Shown here: piece after piece, positions 52,005 through 64,000 of the stretch
How the letters are laid out: every line of letters starts with the position of its first letter
Position numbering within the stretch: position 1 is the stretch's first letter
Assembly (NCBI GenBank): GCA_003216835.1
Contig: QCIF01000007.1
Location: 5,385-69,384, forward strand
DNA length: 64,000 nucleotides
Direction of reading: 5' to 3'
Source of the DNA: Prochlorococcus sp. AG-402-K10
GTDB taxonomy: Bacteria > Cyanobacteriota > Cyanobacteriia > PCC-6307 > Cyanobiaceae
Notes under the pieces: model-generated
The model's input: only the letters and a program-made list of their open reading frames with translations
What the model was told of the DNA's origin: nothing
The model's database searches: none
Translations under genes and position numbers: made by a program

Positions 52005-53057
52005 TTAATCTCTAATCGCGTTTCTTATGAAATCAGGAGTATCAACAACTCTTTTAAGCTTTCTAAAATCATCTAATATTTCACCACAGCCATTAACAAC
52101 GCAAAGTAAAGGATCTTCCGCTACGTGAGTAAAAATTCCAGTTTCCTTAGTTACTAAATCATTCATCCCTCTTACTAAAGCTCCACCGCCTGCAAGCATA
52201 ATACCCCTGTCAACAATATCTGCAGCTAACTCTGGAGGAGTACGTTCTAATGTTCTTTTTATAGCTTCAACAATTTTACTAAGTGGATCAGCCATAGCCT
52301 CCCTTATCTCTGCTGATGTTAGGGTTATTGACCTAGGAAGACCAGATAACAGGTGTAATCCTCTCACTTCATAAGAAGTCTGGTCAAAATCATTATCTGG
52401 AAATGCAGATCCAATTTTTATTTTGATTTCTTCGGCAGTTCTTTCACCAACAACCATATTATGAGCTTTTTTAAGATAAGCAACGATCGATTCATTTATT
52501 TCATCTCCAGCTATTCTTACAGATTCACTTAAAACAGTTCCTCCAAGGCTTAAAACCGCGACTTCAGTTGTACCTCCCCCTATATCGACGATCATGGTTC
52601 CAATTGGCTCAGTTACTGGTAATGACGCTCCTATAGCTGCAGCTACAGGTTCATCAATCAAATGAACCTCTCTTGCTCCAGCTAATCCTGCTTCTCTAAC
52701 TGCTCTTCTTTCTACGCTTGTAACTCCACTTGGAATACCAATCACTATTCTTGGCGCTAATATTCCTCTGCCTTCATTACACTTTTGAATAAAAGTTTTT
52801 ATCATTGACTCTGCCGCATCAAAATCGGCAATAACTCCATCTCTCAGTGGCCTTACGGCTCTAATATTACCTGGCGTTCTTCCTAGCATTAATTTTGCTT
52901 CTTCACCAACTGCCATAGGGACTCCTTCTTCTAAGTCCATAGCCACTACCGAAGGCTCCTGCAAAACGACACCTTTACCTGAAACGTGAATAAGAGTATT
53001 GGCAGTACCTAAATCTATACCAATGTCCCTAGAAAATTTAAATCTGTTAAAAATCAC
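52005..53057 (-). CDS. mreB: rod shape-determining actin homologue MreB
   Basis: IGIDLGTANT, RPLRDGVIADF, DIGGGTT, LAGGGAL. Confidence 0.98.
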   Translation of the reverse strand: MIFNRFKFSRDIGIDLGTANTLIHVSGKGVVLQEPSVVAMDLEEGVPMAVGEEAKLMLGRTPGNIRAVRPLRDGVIADFDAAESMIKTFIQKCNEGRGILAPRIVIGIPSGVTSVERRAVREAGLAGAREVHLIDEPVAAAIGASLPVTEPIGTMIVDIGGGTTEVAVLSLGGTVLSESVRIAGDEINESIVAYLKKAHNMVVGERTAEEIKIKIGSAFPDNDFDQTSYEVRGLHLLSGLPRSITLTSAEIREAMADPLSKIVEAIKRTLERTPPELAADIVDRGIMLAGGGALVRGMNDLVTKETGIFTHVAEDPLLCVVNGCGEILDDFRKLKRVVDTPDFIRNAIRD

Positions 53058-53189
53058 AATAAGAAATCTTTTAGATAAATAATATATCTATTTTTTATGA
53101 AGCTCTATAATTTCTTTCATTTAGTTATGAATAGCTAGCATAACTTTGAGCAAAAACAAAAAATATGAGTAGTATTAAAAAAAAAAATC

Positions 53190-53561
53190 ATGGAAATTAA
53201 CACTATTAATCTTGTTGGAAGAGCAGGAAGAGAACCAGATGTCAGGTATTTCGAATCAGGCAGCATTGTGGCAAATTTCACTCTTGCGGTAAATAGACGC
53301 AGTAGAGATGAAGAGCCTGACTGGTTTAATTTAGAAATATGGGGTAAGCAAGCTCAAATTGCTGCAGATTATGTTAAAAAAGGTTCTTTAATAGGAATTA
53401 CTGGAAGCTTTAAAATTGATAGTTGGAAAGATAAAAATACCGGTGAAGATAGATTCAAGCCTGTAATAAGAGTTGATAGATTAAATTTACTTAGTTCACG
53501 CAAAGAATCTGAAAATAACCAATTCTCAAATAATAAAAGCTCAAACGATATTCCTTTTTAA
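53190..53561 (+). CDS. ssb: single-stranded DNA-binding protein
   Basis: LVGRAGREPDVRY, DWFNLEIWGK, C-terminal DIPF. Confidence 0.95.
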   Translation: MEINTINLVGRAGREPDVRYFESGSIVANFTLAVNRRSRDEEPDWFNLEIWGKQAQIAADYVKKGSLIGITGSFKIDSWKDKNTGEDRFKPVIRVDRLNLLSSRKESENNQFSNNKSSNDIPF

Positions 53562-54217
53562 GATCTATTTCTTTGATAAAGTCTCAGAAAAAACTTTATT
53601 AAAAAATATAAGAATATTAGAATTAATATAGGCTTTACAATATATTTAATTTGATCTAAATAAGATTCAATAATTTGATAATTTTCACCAAATACATATC
53701 CAGCATATGTTAATAAGACTATCCAAATTAGGCTTCCTAAAGTAGTCCAAATTAAAAATTTTGTTAATGGCATAAGTTCCATACCAGCAGGAACTGAAAT
53801 TAAAGTTCTTATACCTGGTACTAGGCGGCCCCAAAAAACTAATGAAACTCCATATTTATCAAACCAACGTTTGCTTTTAGCAAGATCATTAGAAGTTATT
53901 CCTAAATATTTACCTCTTATATCTAAAAATTTTGAAAGTCTTTTTTCATTTACTAATCTACCCAAATAATACCAAGGCAAAGATCCTGCGATAGTTCCAA
54001 ATAAACCCCAAAAAACCAAAATATAGAATTTTAATTTTTGTTGAAAGACAAAAAACCCACCTAATGGCATTATTATTTCTGATGGAATGGGAGGAATGAT
54101 ATTTTCTAAAAACATAGCCAAACAGATAGTAAGATAAGCCAATGTTGAATTTGTTTCAACAGCCTTACTAATATATTCGGGGATAGAAGTGAGTAAATTT
54201 ATAACAATTAAACTCAC
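53558..54217 (-). CDS. dedA: DedA family membrane protein
   Basis: LENIIPPIPSE, YYLGR, GRLVPGIRTLISVPAG. Confidence 0.92.
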   Translation of the reverse strand: MSLIVINLLTSIPEYISKAVETNSTLAYLTICLAMFLENIIPPIPSEIIMPLGGFFVFQQKLKFYILVFWGLFGTIAGSLPWYYLGRLVNEKRLSKFLDIRGKYLGITSNDLAKSKRWFDKYGVSLVFWGRLVPGIRTLISVPAGMELMPLTKFLIWTTLGSLIWIVLLTYAGYVFGENYQIIESYLDQIKYIVKPILILIFLYFLIKFFLRLYQRNRS

Positions 54218-54219
54218 AT

Positions 54220-55638
54220 TTAATATCTATAAATTTCTGATTTATAAGGCCCTTCAACAGAGACATTAATATAATCAGCCTGTTCTTGAGTTAGTTTTGT
54301 TAATTTTGCGCCAATTTTCTCTAAATGTAATCTCGCCACCATTTCATCTAAATGTTTTGGTAATACATAAACTTCTTTGGCGTATTCATCTGACTTATTG
54401 AAAAGTTCTATTTGAGCTAAAACCTGATTGGTAAAAGAGTTACTCATTACAAAGCTAGGATGACCAGTAGCACATCCTAAATTAACTAATCTACCTTCTG
54501 CTAAAAGAATAATTTTATTCCCACTTGGCAAAGTTATGTGATCTACTTGCGGCTTTATGTTTTCCCATGGATAATTCTTCAACGAAGCAACATCAATTTC
54601 ATTATCAAAATGTCCAATATTGCATACTATAGCCTCATTCTTCATCCTGACTAGATTGTCGTGTGTTATCACTTGATAATTACCAGTAGCAGTAACAAAA
54701 ATATCTATATCTTCAACAACATCGTCTAATGTAACAACACTAAATCCTTCCATAGCTGCTTGAAGAGCACATATTGGATCAACTTCCGCAACTTTTACAA
54801 TTGCACCTAGTCCTCTTAATGATTGTGCTGATCCTTTCCCCACATCACCAAATCCCATTACCAAGGCAACCTTTCCAGCAATCATTACATCAGTTGCACG
54901 CTTAATACTATCAACTAGAGACTCTCTACAACCATATAAATTATCAAATTTGCTTTTAGTAACTGAATCATTAACGTTAATAGCTGGGAAAGGTAATGCA
55001 TTCTGCTTTTGCAATTGATAAAGCCTTGCGACTCCTGTGGTAGTTTCCTCAGTAACACCAATAATATTACTCTTAATACGAGAATAAAAACTACTATCTT
55101 GTTGCAATTTAGACTTAATAGAATTGAATAAAGCTATTTCCTCTTCATTGCTAGGATTATCTAAAACAGATAAATCTTTTTCTGCCTTACTACCAATAAT
55201 CAATAAGCCTGTTGCGTCTCCTCCATCATCAAGAATCATGTTAGGAGAGTCTGAACCCCAATCTAAAATGTAATGAGTATATTGCCAATATTCAGCAAGA
55301 CTCTCACCTTTTTTTGCATAGACAGAAATACCTTGCTCTGCAATAGCTGCTGCTGCATGATCTTGTGTTGAAAAAATATTGCAAGAAGCCCATTTTACTT
55401 TCGCACCTAAATCAACAAGAGTCTCTATTAAAACTGCTGTTTGAATAGTCATGTGAAGACTACCAGCTATTTTTGCACCCTTAAGTGGCTTGTCTAAACG
55501 ATATTTATCTCTAAGTGCCATTAGCCCAGGCATTTCAGTTTCAGCAATTTTTATTTCTTTACGCCCGAAGTCAGATAATGAAATATCTTTTATTACATAA
55601 TTGGGTATGGATGTTTTAATTGAATTAAGACTCACCAT
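54220..55638 (-). CDS. ahcY: adenosylhomocysteinase
   Basis: [57 protein letters not shown]. Confidence 0.98.
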   Translation of the reverse strand: MVSLNSIKTSIPNYVIKDISLSDFGRKEIKIAETEMPGLMALRDKYRLDKPLKGAKIAGSLHMTIQTAVLIETLVDLGAKVKWASCNIFSTQDHAAAAIAEQGISVYAKKGESLAEYWQYTHYILDWGSDSPNMILDDGGDATGLLIIGSKAEKDLSVLDNPSNEEEIALFNSIKSKLQQDSSFYSRIKSNIIGVTEETTTGVARLYQLQKQNALPFPAINVNDSVTKSKFDNLYGCRESLVDSIKRATDVMIAGKVALVMGFGDVGKGSAQSLRGLGAIVKVAEVDPICALQAAMEGFSVVTLDDVVEDIDIFVTATGNYQVITHDNLVRMKNEAIVCNIGHFDNEIDVASLKNYPWENIKPQVDHITLPSGNKIILLAEGRLVNLGCATGHPSFVMSNSFTNQVLAQIELFNKSDEYAKEVYVLPKHLDEMVARLHLEKIGAKLTKLTQEQADYINVSVEGPYKSEIYRY

Positions 55639-55689
55639 TTCTAAAAAAATTCTTATCCTTTAAACTATATATGATTTTTATACAATTTT

Positions 55690-56127
55690 GTGTTTGTTGA
55701 GAATTTTACCGAGACTATAAATTTAGGGCGAAAATTTGCGCAGGAACTAAAACCTCATTCAATTGTTTTATTAAAAGGGCCTATAGGATCAGGAAAAACT
55801 TCATTCGTAAAAGGGATTGCAAAAGAGTTATCTATTGCTGAGGATATTACAAGTCCGACATTTGCTTTATCACATCATTACAATTCTGGCAAAATTCCAC
55901 TAATTCATCTCGATTTATACAGATTAGAAAATAGTTCAATGGCAAAAGAATTTTATCTAGCCGAAGAAGAAGAAGCTAATCAAAATAAAGCTATCTTAGT
56001 AATTGAATGGCCAGAATTAATACAACCAATTATTGATAATTTTTGGGAAATAGAAATTAGTTACGCTAAATATTCTGGAAGAAATTATAAAATCTGGGAT
56101 CCTAAAAATTCGTTAACCTTTGCATAA
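55690..56127 (+). CDS. tsaE: t6A biosynthesis ATPase TsaE
   Basis: GPIGSGKT, SPTF, HLDLYR, IEWP; GTG start. Confidence 0.95.
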   Translation: MFVENFTETINLGRKFAQELKPHSIVLLKGPIGSGKTSFVKGIAKELSIAEDITSPTFALSHHYNSGKIPLIHLDLYRLENSSMAKEFYLAEEEEANQNKAILVIEWPELIQPIIDNFWEIEISYAKYSGRNYKIWDPKNSLTFA

Positions 56128-57089
56128 TCTGGTTGTTGTTCAATTGCACCTTCACCAAGACAAGTGAGCAATCCACAAACACTTGCAAACCTAACATAAT
56201 CTTGTATTTCTAATTCATTTGAAGGATATCCAGAAGAAATTAATTTTGAAATCAATCCAGCCAAAAAGGCATCGCCTGCACCAGTCGTATCTATAATATG
56301 CGATGAATTATTCACTTCAGTGTTGCCATGCAAACCATTCATAAACCATGAAATAGGATCTGCTCCATTTGTGATTATCACATCAGGCCGGTTTAAGAGG
56401 GTTTGAGATATTTCATACGGGTTTTCATTATCAAAAAACAAAAGAGCTTCCTCTTTCGCAAGCTTTAAAATATGAGCATAGTTTAAAAAATTCTGAATTA
56501 AATTTACTCTCTCCTTTCCTTTAATTTGTGATGAAAAAGTTGAATAATTCCAAAAAACCTCTCTCCAATTCAAATCAATGATTACCTTAACGTCGTACTG
56601 TTTAGCTACGTCTAGCAGAAGATGAATAGATTCTGCTGACATCGAAGAGGATAAGACATTGGTCCCAGACACAAAATATTTTGTTTCTACAAAGAGTTTC
56701 TCCAAACTTGGAAGATCTTCTTCAATTAAAGACTTTTTAATTGCTTCGTCAGCAAACACTGTCTGGGGGCTTGCATCAAAACCAGAAAAATAACGATCTC
56801 CAGAATCATCCCTATCCACCTTAACTATCCTGGTAGAAAAGTTGTTATCCAATTGTAGGAAATCTATATTAACTTCTAATTCATTAAATTGTTCAATAAA
56901 TTTCTTACCAAATTTATCACTTCCTAAACACCCAATAAATACTGAATCTATTTTTAATTTTCTCAAAGCACAGGCTACATTTGCAGGTGCACCTCCCAGA
57001 AAATCTGTAAATTCTGCATTTGACTTATTCCTTATTCTGTCAATTAAAGCCTCTCCCAGAGAAACGACTTTTGTTTTGGACATATACAA
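56085..57089 (-). CDS. PfkB family carbohydrate kinase (fructokinase-like)
   Basis: LGEALID, GGAPANVA, DLNWR, DTTGAGDAF. Confidence 0.92.
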   Translation of the reverse strand: MYMSKTKVVSLGEALIDRIRNKSNAEFTDFLGGAPANVACALRKLKIDSVFIGCLGSDKFGKKFIEQFNELEVNIDFLQLDNNFSTRIVKVDRDDSGDRYFSGFDASPQTVFADEAIKKSLIEEDLPSLEKLFVETKYFVSGTNVLSSSMSAESIHLLLDVAKQYDVKVIIDLNWREVFWNYSTFSSQIKGKERVNLIQNFLNYAHILKLAKEEALLFFDNENPYEISQTLLNRPDVIITNGADPISWFMNGLHGNTEVNNSSHIIDTTGAGDAFLAGLISKLISSGYPSNELEIQDYVRFASVCGLLTCLGEGAIEQQPDYAKVNEFLGSQIL

Positions 57090-57162
57090 AAAAACTTTCT
57101 AAACTAAGAATAATTAATTAAAAACGAATAATTTTTTTTTGAATTAAAGTTTAATTAATATT

Positions 57163-58086
57163 TTGGTTCTCATGCCTTCTAAAAAATCTGAAATTTGGAA
57201 ATGGAAAAATTGGAAAATTTCATGGTCCTTATCAAAACTATCTATAAGTGAAAATGACATAAATATTTTATTAATTCATGGTTTTGGAGCATCAAAAGAA
57301 CATTGGAGACATAATCAAGATTTTCTAAGTAAAAATTATAATTGCTATTCAATAGACTTGCTGGGATTCGGTCAAAGCAGTCAACCGAATGCACTTTTAA
57401 ATTACGAGTCTTACCAAGAAAATTCCATTAAATATTCATTTGACTTATGGGGTAATCAAATAGCAACATTTTGTTCAGAGGTCATTAAAGCTCCAGTTTA
57501 TTTAATCGGAAACTCTATTGGTGGTGTTGTAGCTTTGAAAGCCGCTGAAATCATTCAAAATAAATGTAAGGGTGTCATCCTAATTAATTGTGCACAAAGA
57601 ATAATGGATGATAAACGTTTAAAAAGAAATAATGTTTTGATGAATCTGCTGCGTCCAATATTAAAAACTTTAGTAAGGCAGCGAATAATCAGCAACACTC
57701 TTTTTGAAAGAGCTTCTAATCGAGAAGTAATTAGAAAAATTCTACAGAAAGCTTACCCTTCTGGAAACAATCTTGATGAAGAATTAATTGAAATTCTTTA
57801 TAGTCCTTCGCAAAGAAAAAATTCCAGAGAAGCATTTCGCGGCTTTATAAATATATTTAACGATTATCTTGCTACAGATCTTTTTAATAAAATTGATGCA
57901 TCGATCCAACTAATTTGGGGGGAAAAAGATCCTTGGGAATCCTTAGATGAAGCAAAAGAATGGGAAAATAAATTTAAAAATATTAAAAGACTTGATGTAA
58001 TAAAAGGCGCAGGGCATTGTCCTCATGATGAGAACCCAGAAGAGACCAATTATTTAGTCTCTCAATTTATTCAAGAAACGAAATAA
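57163..58086 (+). CDS. alpha/beta hydrolase
   Basis: HGFGAS, DLLGFG, GNSIGG, WGEKDPW, AGHCPHDE. Confidence 0.92.
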   Translation: MVLMPSKKSEIWKWKNWKISWSLSKLSISENDINILLIHGFGASKEHWRHNQDFLSKNYNCYSIDLLGFGQSSQPNALLNYESYQENSIKYSFDLWGNQIATFCSEVIKAPVYLIGNSIGGVVALKAAEIIQNKCKGVILINCAQRIMDDKRLKRNNVLMNLLRPILKTLVRQRIISNTLFERASNREVIRKILQKAYPSGNNLDEELIEILYSPSQRKNSREAFRGFINIFNDYLATDLFNKIDASIQLIWGEKDPWESLDEAKEWENKFKNIKRLDVIKGAGHCPHDENPEETNYLVSQFIQETK

Positions 58087-59072
58087 GCCTCAACATTATC
58101 GCTAAGTCTTCTTAAACCTCTCAATCCATCTCTTTCAAGATTTCTTACTCTATCTCTGCTTATTCCCAATACACGTCCTATACCAGTAAGAGACATAGGC
58201 TCATCTCCATCCATTCCGTAACGCATTCTTAAAACTCTACATTGTAAATCAGGTAATTGATGAAGCAGTAAATGCAGATCGCCTCTCATACAATCCATTT
58301 CTATTTGTTCATCAGGCAAATCTTCACCACCTGCTAACAAATCAAGTAATACAGTATCTTCACCATCGCCAACTTTTGTTTCTAGACTGACTGGTTGTCC
58401 CGCTTTACACATCAAATCCTTTACATCTTCTTCGGGAAGCTCTACATATTTAGCAAGTTCGCTGACTGTTGGTGTTCTAGAGAGTTCCTGACTCAATTCT
58501 CGCTGCCCTTTTTTTAACTTATTCAACATTTCAGTTATATGAATTGGCAGTCTAATAGCTCTACTTTTTTCAGCAATTGCTCTAGTAATACCTTGTCTAA
58601 TCCACCAATATGCATATGTTGAAAATTTATAGCCTCTAGCTGGATCAAATTTTTCGACTCCCCTAACGAGACCTATTGTCCCCTCTTGAATCAAGTCAAG
58701 AAGTTCCATATTTCTTTTCGTATATTTTTTTGCAACACTCACTACTAGTCGTAAATTTGCTGCAACCATTCTCTCTTTTGCACGCTGTCCAGCTCTGAAT
58801 CTTTTTTTAATCTGAGATGCAGACAAATTTAATTTATTAGCGAGTTGATCAATACTCGGTTTATCTCCAGTTAATTCAATTATCTCTTGTTCTGCTCTTT
58901 CAACTTGCATATATTCTTGAACCTGCCTTCCCAGGGTTATTTCTTGTTCATGAGATAAAAGAGGCACTCTACCGATATCCCTTAAATAAGAACGTACCAG
59001 ATCTACATCGTTAGTAGCTTTTAAAGTTGATATAACAGTTAATTTATTTTCACCAAGAATTGCAGAAGACAT
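58071..59072 (-). CDS. group 2 RNA polymerase sigma-70 factor
   Basis: YLRDIGRVPLL (1.2), NLRLVVSVAKKY (2.1), DLIQEG, KFDPARGYKFSTYAYWWIRQ, region 4 ISRDRVRNLE; no region 1.1. Confidence 0.95.
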   Translation of the reverse strand: MSSAILGENKLTVISTLKATNDVDLVRSYLRDIGRVPLLSHEQEITLGRQVQEYMQVERAEQEIIELTGDKPSIDQLANKLNLSASQIKKRFRAGQRAKERMVAANLRLVVSVAKKYTKRNMELLDLIQEGTIGLVRGVEKFDPARGYKFSTYAYWWIRQGITRAIAEKSRAIRLPIHITEMLNKLKKGQRELSQELSRTPTVSELAKYVELPEEDVKDLMCKAGQPVSLETKVGDGEDTVLLDLLAGGEDLPDEQIEMDCMRGDLHLLLHQLPDLQCRVLRMRYGMDGDEPMSLTGIGRVLGISRDRVRNLERDGLRGLRRLSDNVEAYFVS

Positions 59073-59174
59073 GAAAGTTCAATGACGTTCTGTAAACAAT
59101 ACCATTAAGAAATGTAAAGTTAAACAAAAAAATCCACAATTTTACAAAAATGAGAATAAATACCTAGTAGATCT

Positions 59175-60581
59175 TTACAAAAAAGAAGAATTCAATAGCC
59201 ATGTTGCTGTATTGAGATATATAAACACTCCTGCAATATCAGTAACTGTTGTAATAAATGGTGAAGACATTAACGCCGGGTCTAATCTCATACGATCAAA
59301 AAGTAGTGGCAGAATAGCACCTGCAGTTGCGGCTAAAGTTGTTATAGAAATCAAGCTTATTCCTACTGCAGCTGCTATTAAAGGACCTTCGCCTTGCCAC
59401 CATGCAAAAGGAAATACTACAAGTATCATTAAAACACCTAACAGAGCTCCTGTTATTGCTTCCTTAATTACTGCCTTCATTGCACCTAAAGACTTTAATT
59501 TTTGTGTGCTTAAGCCTCTTATAACAACTGTCGAACTTTGCGCTCCAACATTCCCGCCAGTGCCTATCAACAATGGGATAAAAGCAGCTAACAAAACTAT
59601 TTCTTTTAAGATTTGATCATTCATTGCAATAACTTTTGTAGTCAAACCATTTGCCAAAACTAAAATTAATAGCCACAAGATTCTCCTTCGAGCAATAGTA
59701 AACAAACTGCTTTGAAAATAATCGTCCTCATCACCAGGCTGCACTGCACCTGCCGCATAAATATCTCTAGTGGCCTCTTGTTCTATAACATCGATTAAAT
59801 CATCAACAGTTACAATTCCTACAAGTCGTTTTTCTCTGTCAACAACTGGGAGAGCCAAAAAGTCATATCTTTGAATTGCTCTTGCAACTTCTTCTTGATT
59901 CGTATTGGTAGAAATATTAACAACATCTTTTGTCATAACATCACCAATTGGTTTTGATGGATCAGCTGTAACAAGGTCTCTTAAAGAGAGAATACCCGTT
60001 AAGTGTCGTTCCTTATCCGTAACATATAGACTGTAAATAGTTTCTGTAAATGGAGCCCTTTTTCTTACCAAAGATAAAGCCTCCTCTGCTGTTTGCATCT
60101 CTTTTAAATCAATAAATTCTGTAGTCATTAATCGTCCTGCAGTTTCAGGCTCATATCCTAATAATTCTGCAGTCACTTTTCTTTCACCAGGACTTAGAGC
60201 TGATAAAAATTTTCTGACAACTTTTGCAGGTAATTCATCAAAAAGTTGGACCCTATCGTCAGGCGACATTTTCTCAACAATTTCTAAAACTTCTCCCGAA
60301 CGAAGTCTGTCCAATAACGTTTGCTGAACGATTGGATCTAAATATTCATATACCTCAATTGCTTCATTTTTTTTTAATAACCGAAATGCAAGGGCTTGCA
60401 AAATTAAAGGAAGACTACCTATTGCATCTGCTATATCAACAGGTTGAGAAGGCTCTAATAATAGTTTTGCCTCATCATAATTTCCAGCAACAAGTAATTC
60501 TTCAAGTTTAAAAGTAATATTTCCTCGATTATCTAAATCTGATGGTAAAGATGTAATTGTCTCAAGCTTATTGTGCTCCAT
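59175..60581 (-). CDS. mgtE: magnesium transporter MgtE
   Basis: N domain plus tandem CBS domains, PLLIGTGGNVGAQ, PFITTVTDIAG. Confidence 0.96.
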   Translation of the reverse strand: MEHNKLETITSLPSDLDNRGNITFKLEELLVAGNYDEAKLLLEPSQPVDIADAIGSLPLILQALAFRLLKKNEAIEVYEYLDPIVQQTLLDRLRSGEVLEIVEKMSPDDRVQLFDELPAKVVRKFLSALSPGERKVTAELLGYEPETAGRLMTTEFIDLKEMQTAEEALSLVRKRAPFTETIYSLYVTDKERHLTGILSLRDLVTADPSKPIGDVMTKDVVNISTNTNQEEVARAIQRYDFLALPVVDREKRLVGIVTVDDLIDVIEQEATRDIYAAGAVQPGDEDDYFQSSLFTIARRRILWLLILVLANGLTTKVIAMNDQILKEIVLLAAFIPLLIGTGGNVGAQSSTVVIRGLSTQKLKSLGAMKAVIKEAITGALLGVLMILVVFPFAWWQGEGPLIAAAVGISLISITTLAATAGAILPLLFDRMRLDPALMSSPFITTVTDIAGVFIYLNTATWLLNSSFL

Positions 60582-60624
60582 AAATATAATTCATTGTCTA
60601 GGTAACATAACTATTATAGAAAAA

Positions 60625-60957
60625 TTAGGTAATTTTTCTACTCATAATAAAACCAAAATACATCATTAATAAATTTGAGATAAAAATTATATTCAAATAA
60701 AGAAAAATTTTTAAGACCTCTTCCTGATTTATAAATCGGTGCAAAGAAAATATAAACCCACTAAAAGATGTGAAGCAAGAACAAAAGCCACTTAATAGAA
60801 TCTGATTCAAAGATTTGCCTAGTCTTCGTGCAATTATAAAACCAAACAAAAATGAACCACATATAGAAATAATAAAATTATTATCTACATAAAACCTTAG
60901 AAAAGTCGCAAAATAAGATGCGATAAGAAGAAACAAGAAATTTCTTACATTGATCAT
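60625..60957 (-). CDS. crcB: Fluc/CrcB fluoride channel subunit (divergent)
   Basis: FLRF, GSFLFG, GFCSCFTSFS; overlaps the second crcB by ATGA. Confidence 0.75.
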   Translation of the reverse strand: MINVRNFLFLLIASYFATFLRFYVDNNFIISICGSFLFGFIIARRLGKSLNQILLSGFCSCFTSFSGFIFSLHRFINQEEVLKIFLYLNIIFISNLLMMYFGFIMSRKIT

Positions 60958-61322
60958 TTAAAAATTTGTATAAGATAATAACCTAAGTAAAAAAATACAA
61001 AAGATAGTACTATTACCTCAATGTAATGAAAGAATAATCGTACAAATTGCTTACTTTGAAATAACACAAAAAGATCATAAATAAAAGAAGAAAATGTACT
61101 AAAACATCCTAAAAAACCAACATAAAATAATAATAATAAGTTTTGATTAATTAGATTTAAGGCCAATAAAATCCCCAAAAATAATGATGCTAAAATATTT
61201 ACGGCAGAAGTATTATTAATATAAAATCCTGTTTTAATTTTAACTTTATATGTAACAAACATCCTTAAAACTAATCCAACAGTACTTCCTAGCAAAACGT
61301 AAACTATTGAATTTAGCTCCAA
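60954..61322 (-). CDS. crcB: Fluc/CrcB fluoride channel subunit
   Basis: GLVLRM, VNILASLFLG, GFLGCFSTFSSF. Confidence 0.85.
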   Translation of the reverse strand: MELNSIVYVLLGSTVGLVLRMFVTYKVKIKTGFYINNTSAVNILASLFLGILLALNLINQNLLLLFYVGFLGCFSTFSSFIYDLFVLFQSKQFVRLFFHYIEVIVLSFVFFYLGYYLIQIFK

Positions 61323-61325
61323 AAT

Positions 61326-63619
<2,294 letters not shown>

Positions 63620-63773
63620 TTAATATTAAAGAATAAAACATTAAACTTTTTAAATGTTATTTTTAAAAGGTCTTTCATTAAACTTACCATCGGTGTAGGA
63701 GAAAGGCTCGAAGTCTATGAAAAATTTAATCACTTTAATTATATAACTCTAAGAATTTTCCTGAAAATTTCAC

Positions 63774-64000
63774 ATGTTTTCGCCCCAACCTTTTGTGATA
63801 GTTTTAATTGGACCAACTGCAAGTGGTAAAACAGACTTAGCAATTAAAATTGCAAATTATTTTAAAACCAATATTCATAATGTAGATTCAAGACAAATTT
63901 ATAGATTTATGGATATTGGAACAGCCAAACCTTCTAAGAATCAACAAAAACAAATAAAGCATTATTTAATAGATATTGAAGAGCCTATAAATCCACTTAA
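63774..64000 (+). CDS. miaA: tRNA dimethylallyltransferase, 5' portion; runs off the window edge
   Basis: Manual translation [23 protein letters not shown]...[17 protein letters not shown]...HYLIDI; not in the ORF track. Confidence 0.95.
   Translation, partial: MFSPQPFVIVLIGPTASGKTDLAIKIANYFKTNIHNVDSRQIYRFMDIGTAKPSKNQQKQIKHYLIDIEEPINPL

Noticed and set aside
59212-59616. 134-aa antisense ORF in mgtE
   Set aside because: It is a shadow of the transmembrane-coding region and shows the same artefact pattern

Overview
A very AT-rich, gene-dense stretch of core chromosome from a marine picocyanobacterium, most likely high-light-type Prochlorococcus. That assignment is inferred from low GC, tight packing, psaC/psaD, ho1-pebA-pebB and the panC-cmk fusion. 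It holds about 60 protein-coding genes: ppc, trpE, hemF, purM, icd, glgP, rnc, glmS, fabF, tkt, thiC, ruvB, smpB, lysS, mreBCD, ahcY, mgtE, gyrB and others. It also has 3 tRNAs (Arg-CCG, Cys-GCA, Arg-CCT), the RNase P RNA and a TPP riboswitch upstream of thiC. I see no integrase, transposase, phage gene, CRISPR array or genomic island, and I cannot support a claim of a complete new multi-gene system here. There are five main leads. (1) A 55-aa four-cysteine microprotein missed by the ORF track, 2 nt downstream of an uncharacterised 209-aa protein. (2) A glycosyltransferase-like gene whose nearest canonical start codon lies inside the antisense strand of tRNA-Cys. (3) A GC-rich structured element with micro-ORFs in the gyrB/miaA divergent gap. 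(4) An orphan Fe-S-type LarE. (5) A sensor kinase and a GNAT protein with degenerate catalytic motifs. Family assignments are from motif recognition only; no database searches were run.
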